Below are positions 53,218-64,000 of a stretch of 64,000 nt of DNA, in pieces. Each line of letters starts with the position of its first letter. The stretch's first letter is position 1. A program made the translations under genes and the position numbers. The notes under the pieces are model-generated. The model was given only the letters and a program-made list of their open reading frames with translations. It was not told the origin of the DNA and made no database searches. Source of the stretch: Octopus sinensis (Eukaryota); contig NC_043008.1 in assembly GCF_006345805.1 (NCBI RefSeq), forward strand, positions 31,310,001-31,374,000, written 5' to 3'.

Positions 53218-53645
53218 AACAACAAACAAGATGAGAACAAATATCCGTTAATTGTAAATAATGTACATTATTATCATATATTATATTTTCAGAGTTTCTC
53301 GTTGAAAATTCTTGCAATAAATAAAACTTTATTCTGTAACAAACTGGTTTCTGTAAGAGCCATATAATTGAGAATATATTGGAATTAAAAAGGATCTTAC
53401 ATTAATTTTGTTACTTGAAGAGAAAATGAAGCAATGCGATCCATAATGTTAATAATCAATCATATATAATTAAAGTCATCAATGTAATCACACAAAAGTA
53501 TAATACATCAGATTATTTTTTCATAAGGACTAGAAATGCTGACTCAAGTGCATACTTTTATCCTTTTACTTGTTTCAATTATTAGACAGTGACCATGCTA
53601 GAGCTCCATCTTGAAGAATTTTTAGTTAAACTAATCAATCCCTTT

Positions 53646-54584
53646 CCTTGTCCCGCTAATGTTAAGTCATATATCAAAAAGTAACAGAAAACTCAAGCCT
53701 GCCTTGGATGCACATGTAGAGACAAATTTAAATGTCATCTAGGGCAGAAGTTTGATATATCTTCTGTTATTTATGAAACGGAAGTTTCAGCAATAGTCAT
53801 ACTGAAACCAAACATTATAAAAGCCAGCGGGCTGGCAGAAACGTAGCATGCCGGGCGAAATGCTTAGCGGTATTTCGTCTGCCTCTACGTTGTGAGTTCA
53901 AATTCCACCGAGGTTGACTTTGCCTTTCATCTTTTCAGAGTCGATTAAATAAGTACCAGTTACGCACTGGAGTCGATATAATCAACTTAATCCGTTTGTC
54001 TGTCCTTGTTTGTCCCCTCTGTGTGTAACCCCTTGTGGGCAGTAAAGAAATAGGTATTTCGTCTGCTGCTATTTTCTGAGTTCAAATTCCGCCGAGGTCG
54101 ACTTTGCCTTTCATCCTTTCGGGGGTCGATTAAATAAGTACCAGTTACGCACTGGGGTTGATATAATCGACTTAATCCGTTTGTCTCTCCTTGTTTGTCC
54201 CCTCTGTATGTAGCCCTTTGTGGGCATTAAAGAAATAAGAAACCAAACATTATATCAGAGCCTTGGAAGGGAAATTTAACTCCAGATGTAAAAACCATCT
54301 TTTGAATTTTAGGCACGTTAATAGGAAACATTCACTGACCCTTTCAGCTTTCATCTGGAAACATAAAGATGATGAGATCAATTTCAACATCAAGTGGAAA
54401 ATCCCTTTCAAAAAAAATTCAGTTCAAAAACTATTTAGTATGTTCTCTTGAAAAACTATATCTCTTCAAGAACTTGAGATCTTCTAACAACTACATAAAT
54501 TCAGGGAATGAAATATTTTCTGCATGTCCACATTTTAAGAAATACTGCTTGACAGAATTTAAAATTAGGCCACCAGACACATAA
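53646..54584 (+). mobile_element. Penelope-like (Neptune-type) element relic: Cys linker plus GIY-YIG endonuclease, split by a SINE
   Basis: CPANVKSYI..CTCRDKFKCHLGQK..SVIYETEV [SINE] ETKHYIRALEGKFNSRCKNH..FRH..TLSAFIW..IKWKI..CSLEK..NSGNEIFSACPH follows the Neptune-type consensus (CxCR..CPL..VVY..YIG..F..R..H..LS..IW..C..EK..N.R.E...C.H). Confidence 0.85.
53820..54238 (+). mobile_element. tRNA-derived SINE (family 1) with internal tandem duplication; 16-bp TSD
   Basis: TSD gaaaccaaacattata at 53804-53819 and 54239-54254; A-box-like tggcagaa, B-box gagttcaaattcc; body repeated from ~54053. Confidence 0.9.
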
Positions 54585-54886
54585 TAAACCATTAATCACT
54601 AATTTACATCTGCTTGACATTTGATTTATTGTAACGTTGATTATCTCCCTTCTTGTTTTCTTCCTTATCTGTGCATCTTGTTTAAGCGCTGCTGCTCAAA
54701 AGGTAATTGACAAATGGTTTGTTCTCAGCTTGAAAAATGGTGAAATAAATAAATTTTTTATCAAGAAGCCCTGGGTGGCTTTATTCAATAAAACTTGCAG
54801 TTTTTATCCTAACACTACACATGCATGCATACATACATACATACATACAAATATATATATATGAGAGAGACAGACAGACAGAGACA

Positions 54887-54980
54887 TGGATGGATGGATG
54901 GATGGATGGATGGATGGATGGATGGATGGATGGATGGATGGATGGATGGATGGATGGATGGATGGATGGATGGATGGATG
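54887..54980. repeat. (GGAT)n tetranucleotide microsatellite
   Basis: Perfect run seen directly. Confidence 0.95.
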
Positions 54981-55094
54981 TTCAGGGTAAATTTGACAGT
55001 CAGCATAAAAAGAAAAGAAAGCACAACATCCCATTCAAAATGAAAGTATAAAATCAAAAAATATCAACTAGATTATGGTTGGGAGATAACAGTT

Positions 55095-55520
55095 TACTCA
55101 AATTAACCATCCTCAACTTCTATCAAGGACTCAAGACAGCTCCAGAACTTGGCACATGAACTCCACTGTGTCCCTAGGAAAATCTTTGAGCATCTCCTTG
55201 AACCACCAGCTCAACCTCGGTGTTGCAGACAGAGCAGTTATGTCTTTTTGAACCACACTTCATCCCCCACACTAATCCATGAGATTACAGCAAGGGGAAT
55301 TAGAAAGCCAGAAATTAAGGCTGGGGAAGTCATAGAGATTCTCTGACAACCACTTCTGACTCTTTCTAGAGGAATGGCAAGGAGCTGAATCCTACTGCCA
55401 AGCATATGGCCTTCCCACAACTCTTTCTTGCCAGGGATTGACCACAGTCTCCAAAAGCTTCACATCGCTACCTGAAATGAACCTAAATCCTGTTAAATAT
55501 GTGGGGAAGAATTCCAGCTG
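55095..55520 (-). mobile_element. Decayed DD37D (maT-like) transposase relic
   Basis: VVGRPYAWQ*DSAPCHSSRKSQKWLSEN...NSPCCNLMD; 37 residues between the two Asp. Confidence 0.75.
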
Positions 55521-57182
55521 CATCCCTTCCTGCTGCATCCCTTCTTACAGTCTTTACAGTGTACACAGAGCACTGAGCAGCAGCCATGATGTTGGCATTT
55601 TGGTACCCAGCATGAATCATGATGATACAAGAACACTTTTCTAATATTTAGAGGGCTTCCAGTCCTTCATATCAGATAACTTTCTGTCAACTATAACCTT
55701 AAACTTTATGCTCTCCAATGCAATTGACTTTAACCAATACTTTTAGCTGTTCTTGAAAAAGGAAACATAAAAATTGTCAAATCCCAAACACGTAGTGTGT
55801 GTGTGTGTGTGTGTTTGTGTGTGTATGTGTGTGTGTATGTGTGCATGTGTGTGTTTGTGTGACTTAAAAAATGAAAAATCCCAATGGAATTTTTTAAACA
55901 ACTTTTCAAAAGGTGTAGTAGTGATAGTGGTAGTAGTAGTGATAGTGGTAGTAGTAGTAGTAGCAGCAGCAGCAGCAGCATGTGTAAAAATGTTTTCAGA
56001 AGTGTGTGTAGTAGCTTTTAGTAAATTTAATTACTCTGAGTGATCACTTAAATGCATTGATCAATTATTGATATCAATCAAATAAATGTTTTGTGTTTTG
56101 CAAGTACTGATTCTGATCACTTTTTTTATAGACTGATGTAGTAGAAGCAAAGTGGCCTGTAGGGTGGGGCACTGGTTTACTGCTAGGTTTGTAAGATCAA
56201 ATCTACTGTTAGAAATCTTTAACAGTTTTTGTTGTTGTTTACTGTGGTTTGAGGGTGATTTGTATTCATCATCATCATCATCATTATCATTTAGCATCCG
56301 TTTTCTATGCTGGCATGGGTTGGACGGTTTGACTGAATTGGTAAGTTGGGAAGCTGCACCAGGTTCCAATCTGATTAGGCATGGTTTCTACAGCTGGATG
56401 TCCTTCCTAACAACAACCACTCCAAGAGTGTAGTGGGTGCTTTTTATGTGATACTGGCATTGACCACAACTAAGGGCAGTATCTATTATTCTTTTTAGGG
56501 ACTCTAGACAGGGGAGTGAAAGCAAGGAATTTATGTTCAGACAGGAGACTTGGCCTGTATGTTTGCAGCAGAGTGGACTCAACTAAAGACACTGTCCAGA
56601 TGATGGTGTTAAACTGGACAATGGGTTAAGTCTACCAACCAAAAGCAGAAACAGTTTCTTTGATGGGATGCCTCTCAGCTTTCATCTACCAAATTTTACT
56701 AAGTCTGTATAAATATACACACATGAACACACACACACACACACACACACAATTACATACCTTGACACTGTGTAGACTGAGATCCCTGGTGACAGGCTGT
56801 ATATATTTAATAAAGGGTTTTGCATCAAGAAGTGCTGAGCTCTAACTGTAGAAGGAATGTGTGGAAGGGCTAGACATGGAGCCTGGGCAGTTCTCCAGCT
56901 TACCAGTTCTTGCCAAACCGTCCAACACATGACAGCATGGAAAACAGACATTAAACCATGATGATGATGGTGGTGGTGGTGGTGGTGAAATGTGGCGGCA
57001 GTGGTGGTGGTGGTGGCAGTGGTCGTGGCGGTGGTCGTGGCAGTGGTCGTGGCTAAATAGTTATAGTATGCAAATTAGTCACTCTGGTTCTCTGAAGATA
57101 CTGGTTTTGTTGCATAAATAAACAGCTGTATGCAAATGAAGCTCTCTACATAATCTCTTGTTAACTTGTCAGTTATATAATC

Positions 57183-57972
57183 TTTAGTGAGCATCCATGT
57201 TTCAGCCCCGCATAGAAGAACAGACTCCACTGTTGTCAGAAACAACCTCTTTTACAATTTCCTTGCTAACTTTGAACTCCATACCTTTCTCAATTTATGG
57301 CATGTGCTCCAGGCAAGAGCTTTCTTTGCTATGATGTCTCTTTCAATACTGTGTGTCCATGCACCAAGGTATTTGAAATTTTCAACTACCTTCAGCGACT
57401 TATCATCTCTCACTTTCACTGACACAGGCATTTTGTGAATGCATACTTGCAGCTCTGTTTTCTTTGCATAACAGTACAATCCTACCTTTTCCAATTCCTG
57501 CTCTAATCTGCTCAGCACCTCCTGTGCCTGATCTGTCCTCTTTGTTAGTAATACCAGGTCATCAGTATAGTCTAAGTCAGTCACTGTTTCTGCTTGATGC
57601 CGTTTACTTCTTTGCCTATGTAGTTTGAATGCCAGTTCTTCTTCTTTGCCCTCATATGTTCTATGCATTACATAGTCCTGAACGATGGTGAATAGCTAAG
57701 GTGATAGCATGTCACCTTGTAATACTCCAGCTTTGACTTCAAAATATTCTGTCTCTCCATCAGGAGTGATCACTTTCGCTCTGGTGTTCTCTTGCAGCTT
57801 ACTTATTGCTCTCAGAATTCTTGGTGGAATATCATATGCTTTAAGTATCTTCATCATCATTGCCCTATGTACTGAATCAAAAGCCTTTTTAAAGTCTACA
57901 TTGATAATGATAGCCTTCCTGTTATGGCTCTTAACTCCCTCTATCAGACTTCTAAGTGTGACAATGAATCCA
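57183..57972 (-). mobile_element. Decayed RTE-type LINE, RT segment, inverted relative to 57975-59843
   Basis: IVTLRSLIE, VDFKKAFDSV, GVLQGDMLSP, LDYTDD, FKYLG, LLCGAETW. Confidence 0.9.
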
Positions 57973-57974
57973 CT

Positions 57975-59843
57975 TGTTAATAGCACCAGGTTTAGAGCCC
58001 CTGACTCAGACATTCTGGATGTACAAGCAAGTTGCATAAAGACTGATGAAGGTATTTCCAACTGGAAGAGAAGTAGCTTATGGCAAGAACTGAGAAATCA
58101 AACTTATGAATAGTGAAAAGTGCTTGCAAATCGGAACACTCAATGTAAGAACACTTAGGGAAAAAGAGAAACATTTGGAGATGGCTAACAACTTGAACAA
58201 ATGTAAACTAAACATTCTTGGAGTAGTTGAACACAAAGTGGTGCATGAAGAAGACCCTACTCTCATTGACCAACTTGAAGGCTGAACACTAATAACAAGT
58301 GCATGGTGAAGTACTGATGGTGCTGCAGCAGGAGGGGTAAGATTAGTAATCAATTCTTTGGCAGAGAAAGCATTGGCTGAAGTAATACCAGTAAATGACA
58401 GAATAGTCACTGTCACATTCAATGGAAACCCATCCACCACAGTAGTTATTAACTATGCATCCACAGATGGAAGCAAGGATGTAGAGGAGCACTACGAAAC
58501 ACTGACAAATGTCATCAATGAAATACCAAAACACCATGTTACCATAGAGTACAGTGATTTTAATGCTTATTTGGGCAAGGATGCAGTCTGCTACACATTC
58601 AAGGAGACCAACAAGAATGGCCAGCTTCTCCTGGATCATGTGGCAGAATGTAATCTTTGCATCACTAGCACTCTGTTCAAGAAAAAGGAAGGAAACCAAT
58701 GAACATTTATCTTAGACATGAATGGTAGCAAGTCCCAAGTTGATTACATAGTAATTAATAAGAAATGGAAGAATTCTGTACACAATGTAGAAGCATGTAA
58801 CAGCTTCAGCAGCTTAGATGGGTGACCATTGCTTAGTGACAGTCAAACTACATCTTAGTTTATGTACAAGCAAAACTCCTGCAAGAAAAAAATGGTACAA
58901 TTGGTCTACATTGCGAAATACAGAACTTCAACAGCTTTATACAGTTACAGTGCGTAACAGATTTGCTGAACCATCCAACAACAGGGATACTATTACAGAG
59001 CAATATGGCAAGTTTGGGCAATCATATGAAGAAGCAGCAGCAAAACTGATACTGATAAAGAAGAGGATGAAATGGAGAAAGTTAGCTGATGATCCCAGGG
59101 TAGAAAAAGCACACAGTGAAGTACAGGGGGCATTCAGTAGCTATCAAAAAGCTGCCAACAACGATACTAAATAAACTTTACAAAGAAAGAAAGAGGGTCT
59201 AAAACAGGTGTACCAAGAGATTCAAGAAGAGGAACTGGATGAAATGATCTCCCAGGTCGAAAATGTAGATGCAAAATCTAAGAACTAAGAAAGCTGGAGG
59301 TTGATTAACTCCATCACTGGTTGCAAAGCTGCAAAGAGGGAATCATCCAAAAGAAAATCAAAGGACAAGAGAATCAAGAAATGGTACATTCATTTCTACA
59401 ACTCACTTGGGAAGGATTCAGAAGTTGACAGTGAAGCAGAAAATGAAGAATTAGCAAAGATACTTGACGGTTTGCAAATTGAGGATGGAGACTTCACAAA
59501 ACAAGAAATAGGAAGAGCTACAAGTAACCCGAAAGAAGGAAAGCAAATTGGTCCTGACAACATCCCACCAGAAGTATTGAAAAGATGATTTAGATGACAT
59601 CATCCTTGAAGTTGCAAACAAACTACTTAATGACAATGTGAAGCCAGACCAATGGTCAGAGATAGGCTTGCTACCAAAGCCCTGGGAGACCTAAGTGATA
59701 CTGGGAATTACATAGGGATCAGTCTGTCATCTATTGTTGCAAAAATGGTCAACAAGATGATACTTTACCGAATTTAACCTAAGATAGACAAACAATTGCA
59801 ACCAAATCTAAATGGATTCAGATCAGGACAGTCAACAAGTAAA
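57975..59843 (+). mobile_element. Decayed RTE-type LINE, 5' segment (APE endonuclease to start of RT)
   Basis: Across stops and frameshifts: [61 protein letters not shown]. Confidence 0.9.
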
Positions 59844-59877
59844 AGAATATATATATATATATATATATACATTTTTT

Positions 59878-59942
<65 letters not shown>

Positions 59943-59977
59943 CAAAGATTCATGTTCCTTCCCCTTCCATATATATA

Positions 59978-60030
<53 letters not shown>

Positions 60031-60237
60031 GTGCATTCAATATTTAACACATAACTGTTAGTACTACAAAATGCATATTCTCCTTTGCCTATGGCTCATT
60101 AGCAAAACAATACATATTTTGTTGGACAAACAATTATAGATTAAATATTCTTTATTCACTCTCAAATTTATATTTGAGTACTTTATTTTCAGTAACCAGA
60201 CTTAGCTTCATTTTGAACTTGTTACCCGGTGGAATTA

Positions 60238-60288
<51 letters not shown>

Positions 60289-60718
60289 GCACACACACAC
60301 GCACATATATATATATATATATACACACACATATATATATTTATATTTATATGCATACATATATACATACATACACATAGATAACTGGTCAATAAATTTA
60401 TTAATCAATGCATCGAATATGGTCTGTCCCATATCTATATTAGAGAGAAAATTCCAATAAGATGATAAGTACTATACATCTCCATTTCCAAAGCAACATA
60501 GGCTTGTTTATAATTTGATAATCAAATCTATAAATAAATGGGATGGAAAAGGTCGTTGAGTACTACAGTTGTTTCGAAAGTACATTAGGTGTATGTTGTA
60601 TATATGTTTTCTCATCACATACAAGCTGGCTTTTTAGTTTTATGTGTGTATGTATATGTACATACACTACACACACACACACACACATGTATACATACAT
60701 ACTTATAAATATATATAA

Positions 60719-60888
60719 GCGCAGGAGTGGCTGTGTGGTAAGTAGCTTGCTTACCAACCACATGGTTCTGGGTTCAGTCCCACTGCATGGCACCTTGGGC
60801 AAGTGTCTTCTACTATAGCTTCAGACCGACCAAAGCCTTGTGAGTGGATTTGGTAGATGGAAGCTGAAAGAAGCCCGTCGTATATATG

Positions 60889-60937
<49 letters not shown>

Positions 60938-61150
60938 GTGCATATATGTTGTGTATCTGTGTTTGTCACCTGCCCCCAACATTGGTGTGTTTACGTAGCT
61001 TAGCAGTTCGGCAAAAGAGACCGATAGAATAAGTACTAGGCTTTCAAAGAATAAGTCCTGGGGTCGATTTGATTCAACTAAAGGCGGTGCTCCAGCATGG
61101 CCGCAGTCAAATGACTGACACAAGTAAAAGAATAAAAGAAAGAATAAAGA
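60719..61150 (+). mobile_element. SINE family 2, full length
   Basis: Same head, microsatellite and tail as 19220-19623. Confidence 0.9.
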
Positions 61151-61569
61151 ATACATATATATATATATAGAGAGAGAAAGAGATACATGTGTGTGTGTGT
61201 GTGTGTGTGTGTGCATGTGTGTATGTGTATGCATGTTTTTGTGCATGTGTGTATCTGTGAGTTTGTATTTCTCCTTGTCTTTATTTGTTTACTAATCGTG
61301 AACAAAACAATAGTCTAGCTATTAATACAGGCAGCATCACCACAAAAGCTCATCTCAGATTTTTGACATGTCTTTACATGTTGCATGGTCTTTGTAAACA
61401 AAATGGGTTTGCAATTATGTCTAGTTTGTCGGTTGTTTGATTGACTGGGAGATCATTAGCCTTGTGTGGAAATAGGTGAGGGTTGTCAACAGGAAGGGCA
61501 TCCTGTTGTAGAAAATCTACCTCAACAAATTCCATTTCACCCATGCAAAGGTGGAAATGTGGACATTAA

Positions 61570-61930
61570 GATGATGATGACAAGGATGATGACGATGGTG
61601 GTTGTGGTGGTGGTTGTGATGGTGGTTGAGTAGGCAGTAGCAATAGTGGTGGGGTAGTGGTAGCCGTGCTGGTGGTGACGGCGGTGGTGGTCGCGGCGGT
61701 GGTGGTGGCAGCGGTGGTGGTAGCGGCGGTGGTAGTGGTGGTCATCATCGTCGTTGTGCTGGTGGTGGTGGTGGCCGTGGTGGTGGTGGCTGTGGTGGTG
61801 GTGGTGGTGGTGGTCTTCGTCGTCGTCGTTGTCATGATCGTTGTGGTTGTGGTGGTTGTGGTTGTGGTGGTCGTGGTCGTGGCTGTGGTGGTGGTGATGG
61901 TGATCACAGTGCTGGTGGTGGTGGTGATAA
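61570..61930. repeat. Degenerate (GTG/GTC)n trinucleotide tract
   Basis: Seen directly; produces the poly-Val and poly-Thr pseudo-ORFs. Confidence 0.9.
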
Positions 61931-62044
61931 TAATGATATGTTCATTTGATGTTGATGATTCATTTCATCACTAAGCACAATCTTCTTGCTTTTGTATGTT
62001 AATATCAAGACGCAAAATGAGAAAACCAAACTAGAGATGGCATC

Positions 62045-62130
62045 CTTTAGATGACATCATCTTTGAATTTTCAAACAAACTACTTAATGACAATGTGAAG
62101 CCAGACCAATGGTCAGAGATAGGCTTGCTG
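62045..62130 (+). repeat. Fragment nearly identical to LINE segment ~59588-59672
   Basis: tttagatgacatcatc...gaagccagaccaatggtcagagataggcttgct occurs at both loci. Confidence 0.85.
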
Positions 62131-62176
62131 CAGTCTTTCTTCATTCTTTGCTGCAGTCTTTGATAACTTTAGAAAG

Positions 62177-62397
62177 TTAATCCATTTAGTATTCAGATTA
62201 CTCTGTCAAATGTAATGCTTCTTAAATTCACATCGTTTTGAATTTATTCTGTGTTATCTCATAGCTTTGAGATTTTAATGAAGTAATTCTTTAATTTCAG
62301 AATGACATTGTAGGGTTGATATGAGAGGCCAGATCTAGCTAATTTGAATGTAAAACAAGTAGAATATTCAGGCCAGATACAAGTGCTAAGGGGTTAA
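62177..62397. mobile_element. piggyBac-type MITE copy
   Basis: ttaatccatttagtattcagattactctgtc...gtgctaaggggttaa. Confidence 0.75.
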
Positions 62398-62539
62398 AAT
62401 TACTTTAAAGGCAATTTGTCTACCCTCTTTCCAATTTTCACTGGACCCCCATTGTTTATAAGAATCATTGCATTTGGATCCTTCCTTCTCTCCCTCATTC
62501 CCTCCTTCCTTCCTTCCTTCCTTCCTTCCTTTTTATCCT

Positions 62540-62660
62540 CTGACCCTATGGTCATTGGGACATTCATTGATGATGTCGCAACCAGATTTTTCCACTTCTC
62601 TCGATCTTTTGCTGCCCTCTGTGAGGTAGCAAAACTGATGCCTGTCCACTCTTGGTGTTA
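62540..62660 (-). mobile_element. LINE 3' end fragment
   Basis: Minus strand reads EWTGISFATSQRAAKDREKWKNLV, typical of an RTE-like C-terminus. Confidence 0.55.
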
Positions 62661-63373
62661 ACCTAGGCAACAACCGATCGATCTAGTATGGGTTCTGGTT
62701 TGGTTGTCATCATCATGAACACATAATGGGCAAGTTAGCTAAGAGGAGCTCATATCCATCTAAGCTGTTAACCACAACCATATGCCTCTACCAGACACAC
62801 CCCTCAGCCCAAAACACTAGGCTACTGACCTGGACAGGTTCCTCCACCCTAGCAGGTGATTCCTTGTGAAACCTTACCTGGAGTCTTTCACCTTTTAGTA
62901 CAGTGTTATCACCATCTGCTCACTTGGTTTAGCCCAGCATTTAAAGTGGAATACCAAGCTGTAGCGCTATGAGCCATCAAGTGAGAGATTAGGAGTTGGA
63001 CAAGGACTAGTGATGCCTGTCCCTCTGACCATCCCTAATAAAGTGCTGCTGCCAGACACCAAAAGTATTCCTTCTCTTCAGAATCCCCTACACTCCTTTT
63101 GGATACCTGCAAGAAATCATACTAATAATTTTCATAGTTACATAGTAATAGTCATGCACATAAACTGCTGTATAAAAACTTAGTATTTGTTATTCATTTG
63201 GAATAAGAGAATGAAGAATATTATATATAAGACAAAAAATAAAACAATAAAGATTGATAGTAAGCTAATAATAATATAGTTATGTTAATGTTGATATATT
63301 TAATGCCGGACCTCTTAAAAAAAAACTAACTAGAACAAATTATGCCATGGAGAGAGGAAAAAATATTAGTCCA

Positions 63374-63769
63374 CTAGAAAAGTACTCGGAGAGCGCAGGT
63401 CTCCGCCAAGCTCATTTTAAGATAGATACGCGAATAAAATTACTAAGAGAGAAACGAAAATAAACTTTGGAAACAACAACGCTGCCATAGGTTACGTGGA
63501 AACGATGAACGTGTTTTCAAGGGAGATAATCAAAGAATGTAACTACTTCATGCAAAGTAAACATAACAAATGAAAAATCCTTCAAGAATCCATAAAAATT
63601 TCCGGATCACTACCAAAATTTCATCATCTGTTCCTTGTGTCATCACCAACTTTTTCAGCAAGTTTCATCAAATACTATTCACAACTTTTTGAGTAATTTT
63701 GCCCACATACGGACAGACGAACAAACCAACACCAATGAAAACATAACTTCCTTCCTTGGTGGAGGTAAT
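63374..63769 (-). mobile_element. Non-autonomous Helentron/HINE-like element
   Basis: Subterminal inverted repeat ctccgccaag / cttggtggag, GTCT-like short repeats, terminal hairpin gcgctctccgagtac and CTAG|T end on the minus strand. Confidence 0.65.
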
Positions 63770-64000
63770 AATTAATGCTGTTTTAATTTTTCTATCAAGT
63801 ATCAGAGGAGATAACTTTGTACATGCTTTGATCTGATTCTGACCTCATTAGTTAAGGCATTGCTGTATTTGCAGAAGCAGTGAAGAAAGAATCACTGTAT
63901 GTTATTGTCATATTTTAAACATCACAACATCCCTGTGTGAACATAAAATACACACACACACTGAACCATAATATATATGTATATATATATATATATATAT

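Larger units (their letters stand above)
52718..53265. mobile_element. Head-to-head palindromic dimer of a tRNA-headed element carrying hammerhead ribozymes
   Basis: Arms 52718-53000 (-) and 53002-53265 (+) are inverted copies: A-box/B-box-like tRNA head, (AAT)n, hammerhead, AT-rich end. Flanking near-direct repeat cataattatcata (52705-52717) / cattattatcata (53266-53278). Confidence 0.85.

Noticed and set aside
54690-54750. Possible degenerate hammerhead downstream of the Penelope relic
   Set aside because: No intact CUGANGA; it cannot be supported by eye.
54804-55057. MDGW/HPSI repeat ORFs
   Set aside because: Translation of the (GGAT)n microsatellite.
61566-61974. Poly-Thr mucin-like and poly-Val ORFs
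   Set aside because: Trinucleotide microsatellite continuing a SINE (GAT)n tail; no splice or domain evidence.

Overview
AT-rich, repeat-dense eukaryotic DNA. The SINE/LINE/MITE and microsatellite content looks like a coleoid cephalopod, probably Octopus; this is inferred from repeat style only. There is one credible host coding exon: the C-terminal exon of a FAM174A/B-like membrane protein (16374-16515, +), probably followed by a ~14 kb intron and a long 3'UTR exon (~30244-33270). The rest is transposon-derived. It includes a young 5'-truncated RTE LINE with a PHD-like finger inside its RT, two older RTE-type LINEs with 5'-inverted architecture, two DD37D (maT-like) Tc1/mariner relics, a Helitron relic, a Helentron/HINE-like element, a Neptune-like Penelope GIY-YIG relic, several MITE families and dozens of modular tRNA-derived SINEs. 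The most notable structure is a tRNA-headed short element carrying a Penelope-type minimal hammerhead ribozyme, present as a head-to-head palindromic dimer (52718-53265) and as a third partial copy (34716-34884). Most ORFs in the supplied track are microsatellite or repeat artefacts. Boundaries of degenerate repeats are approximate because they were read by eye.
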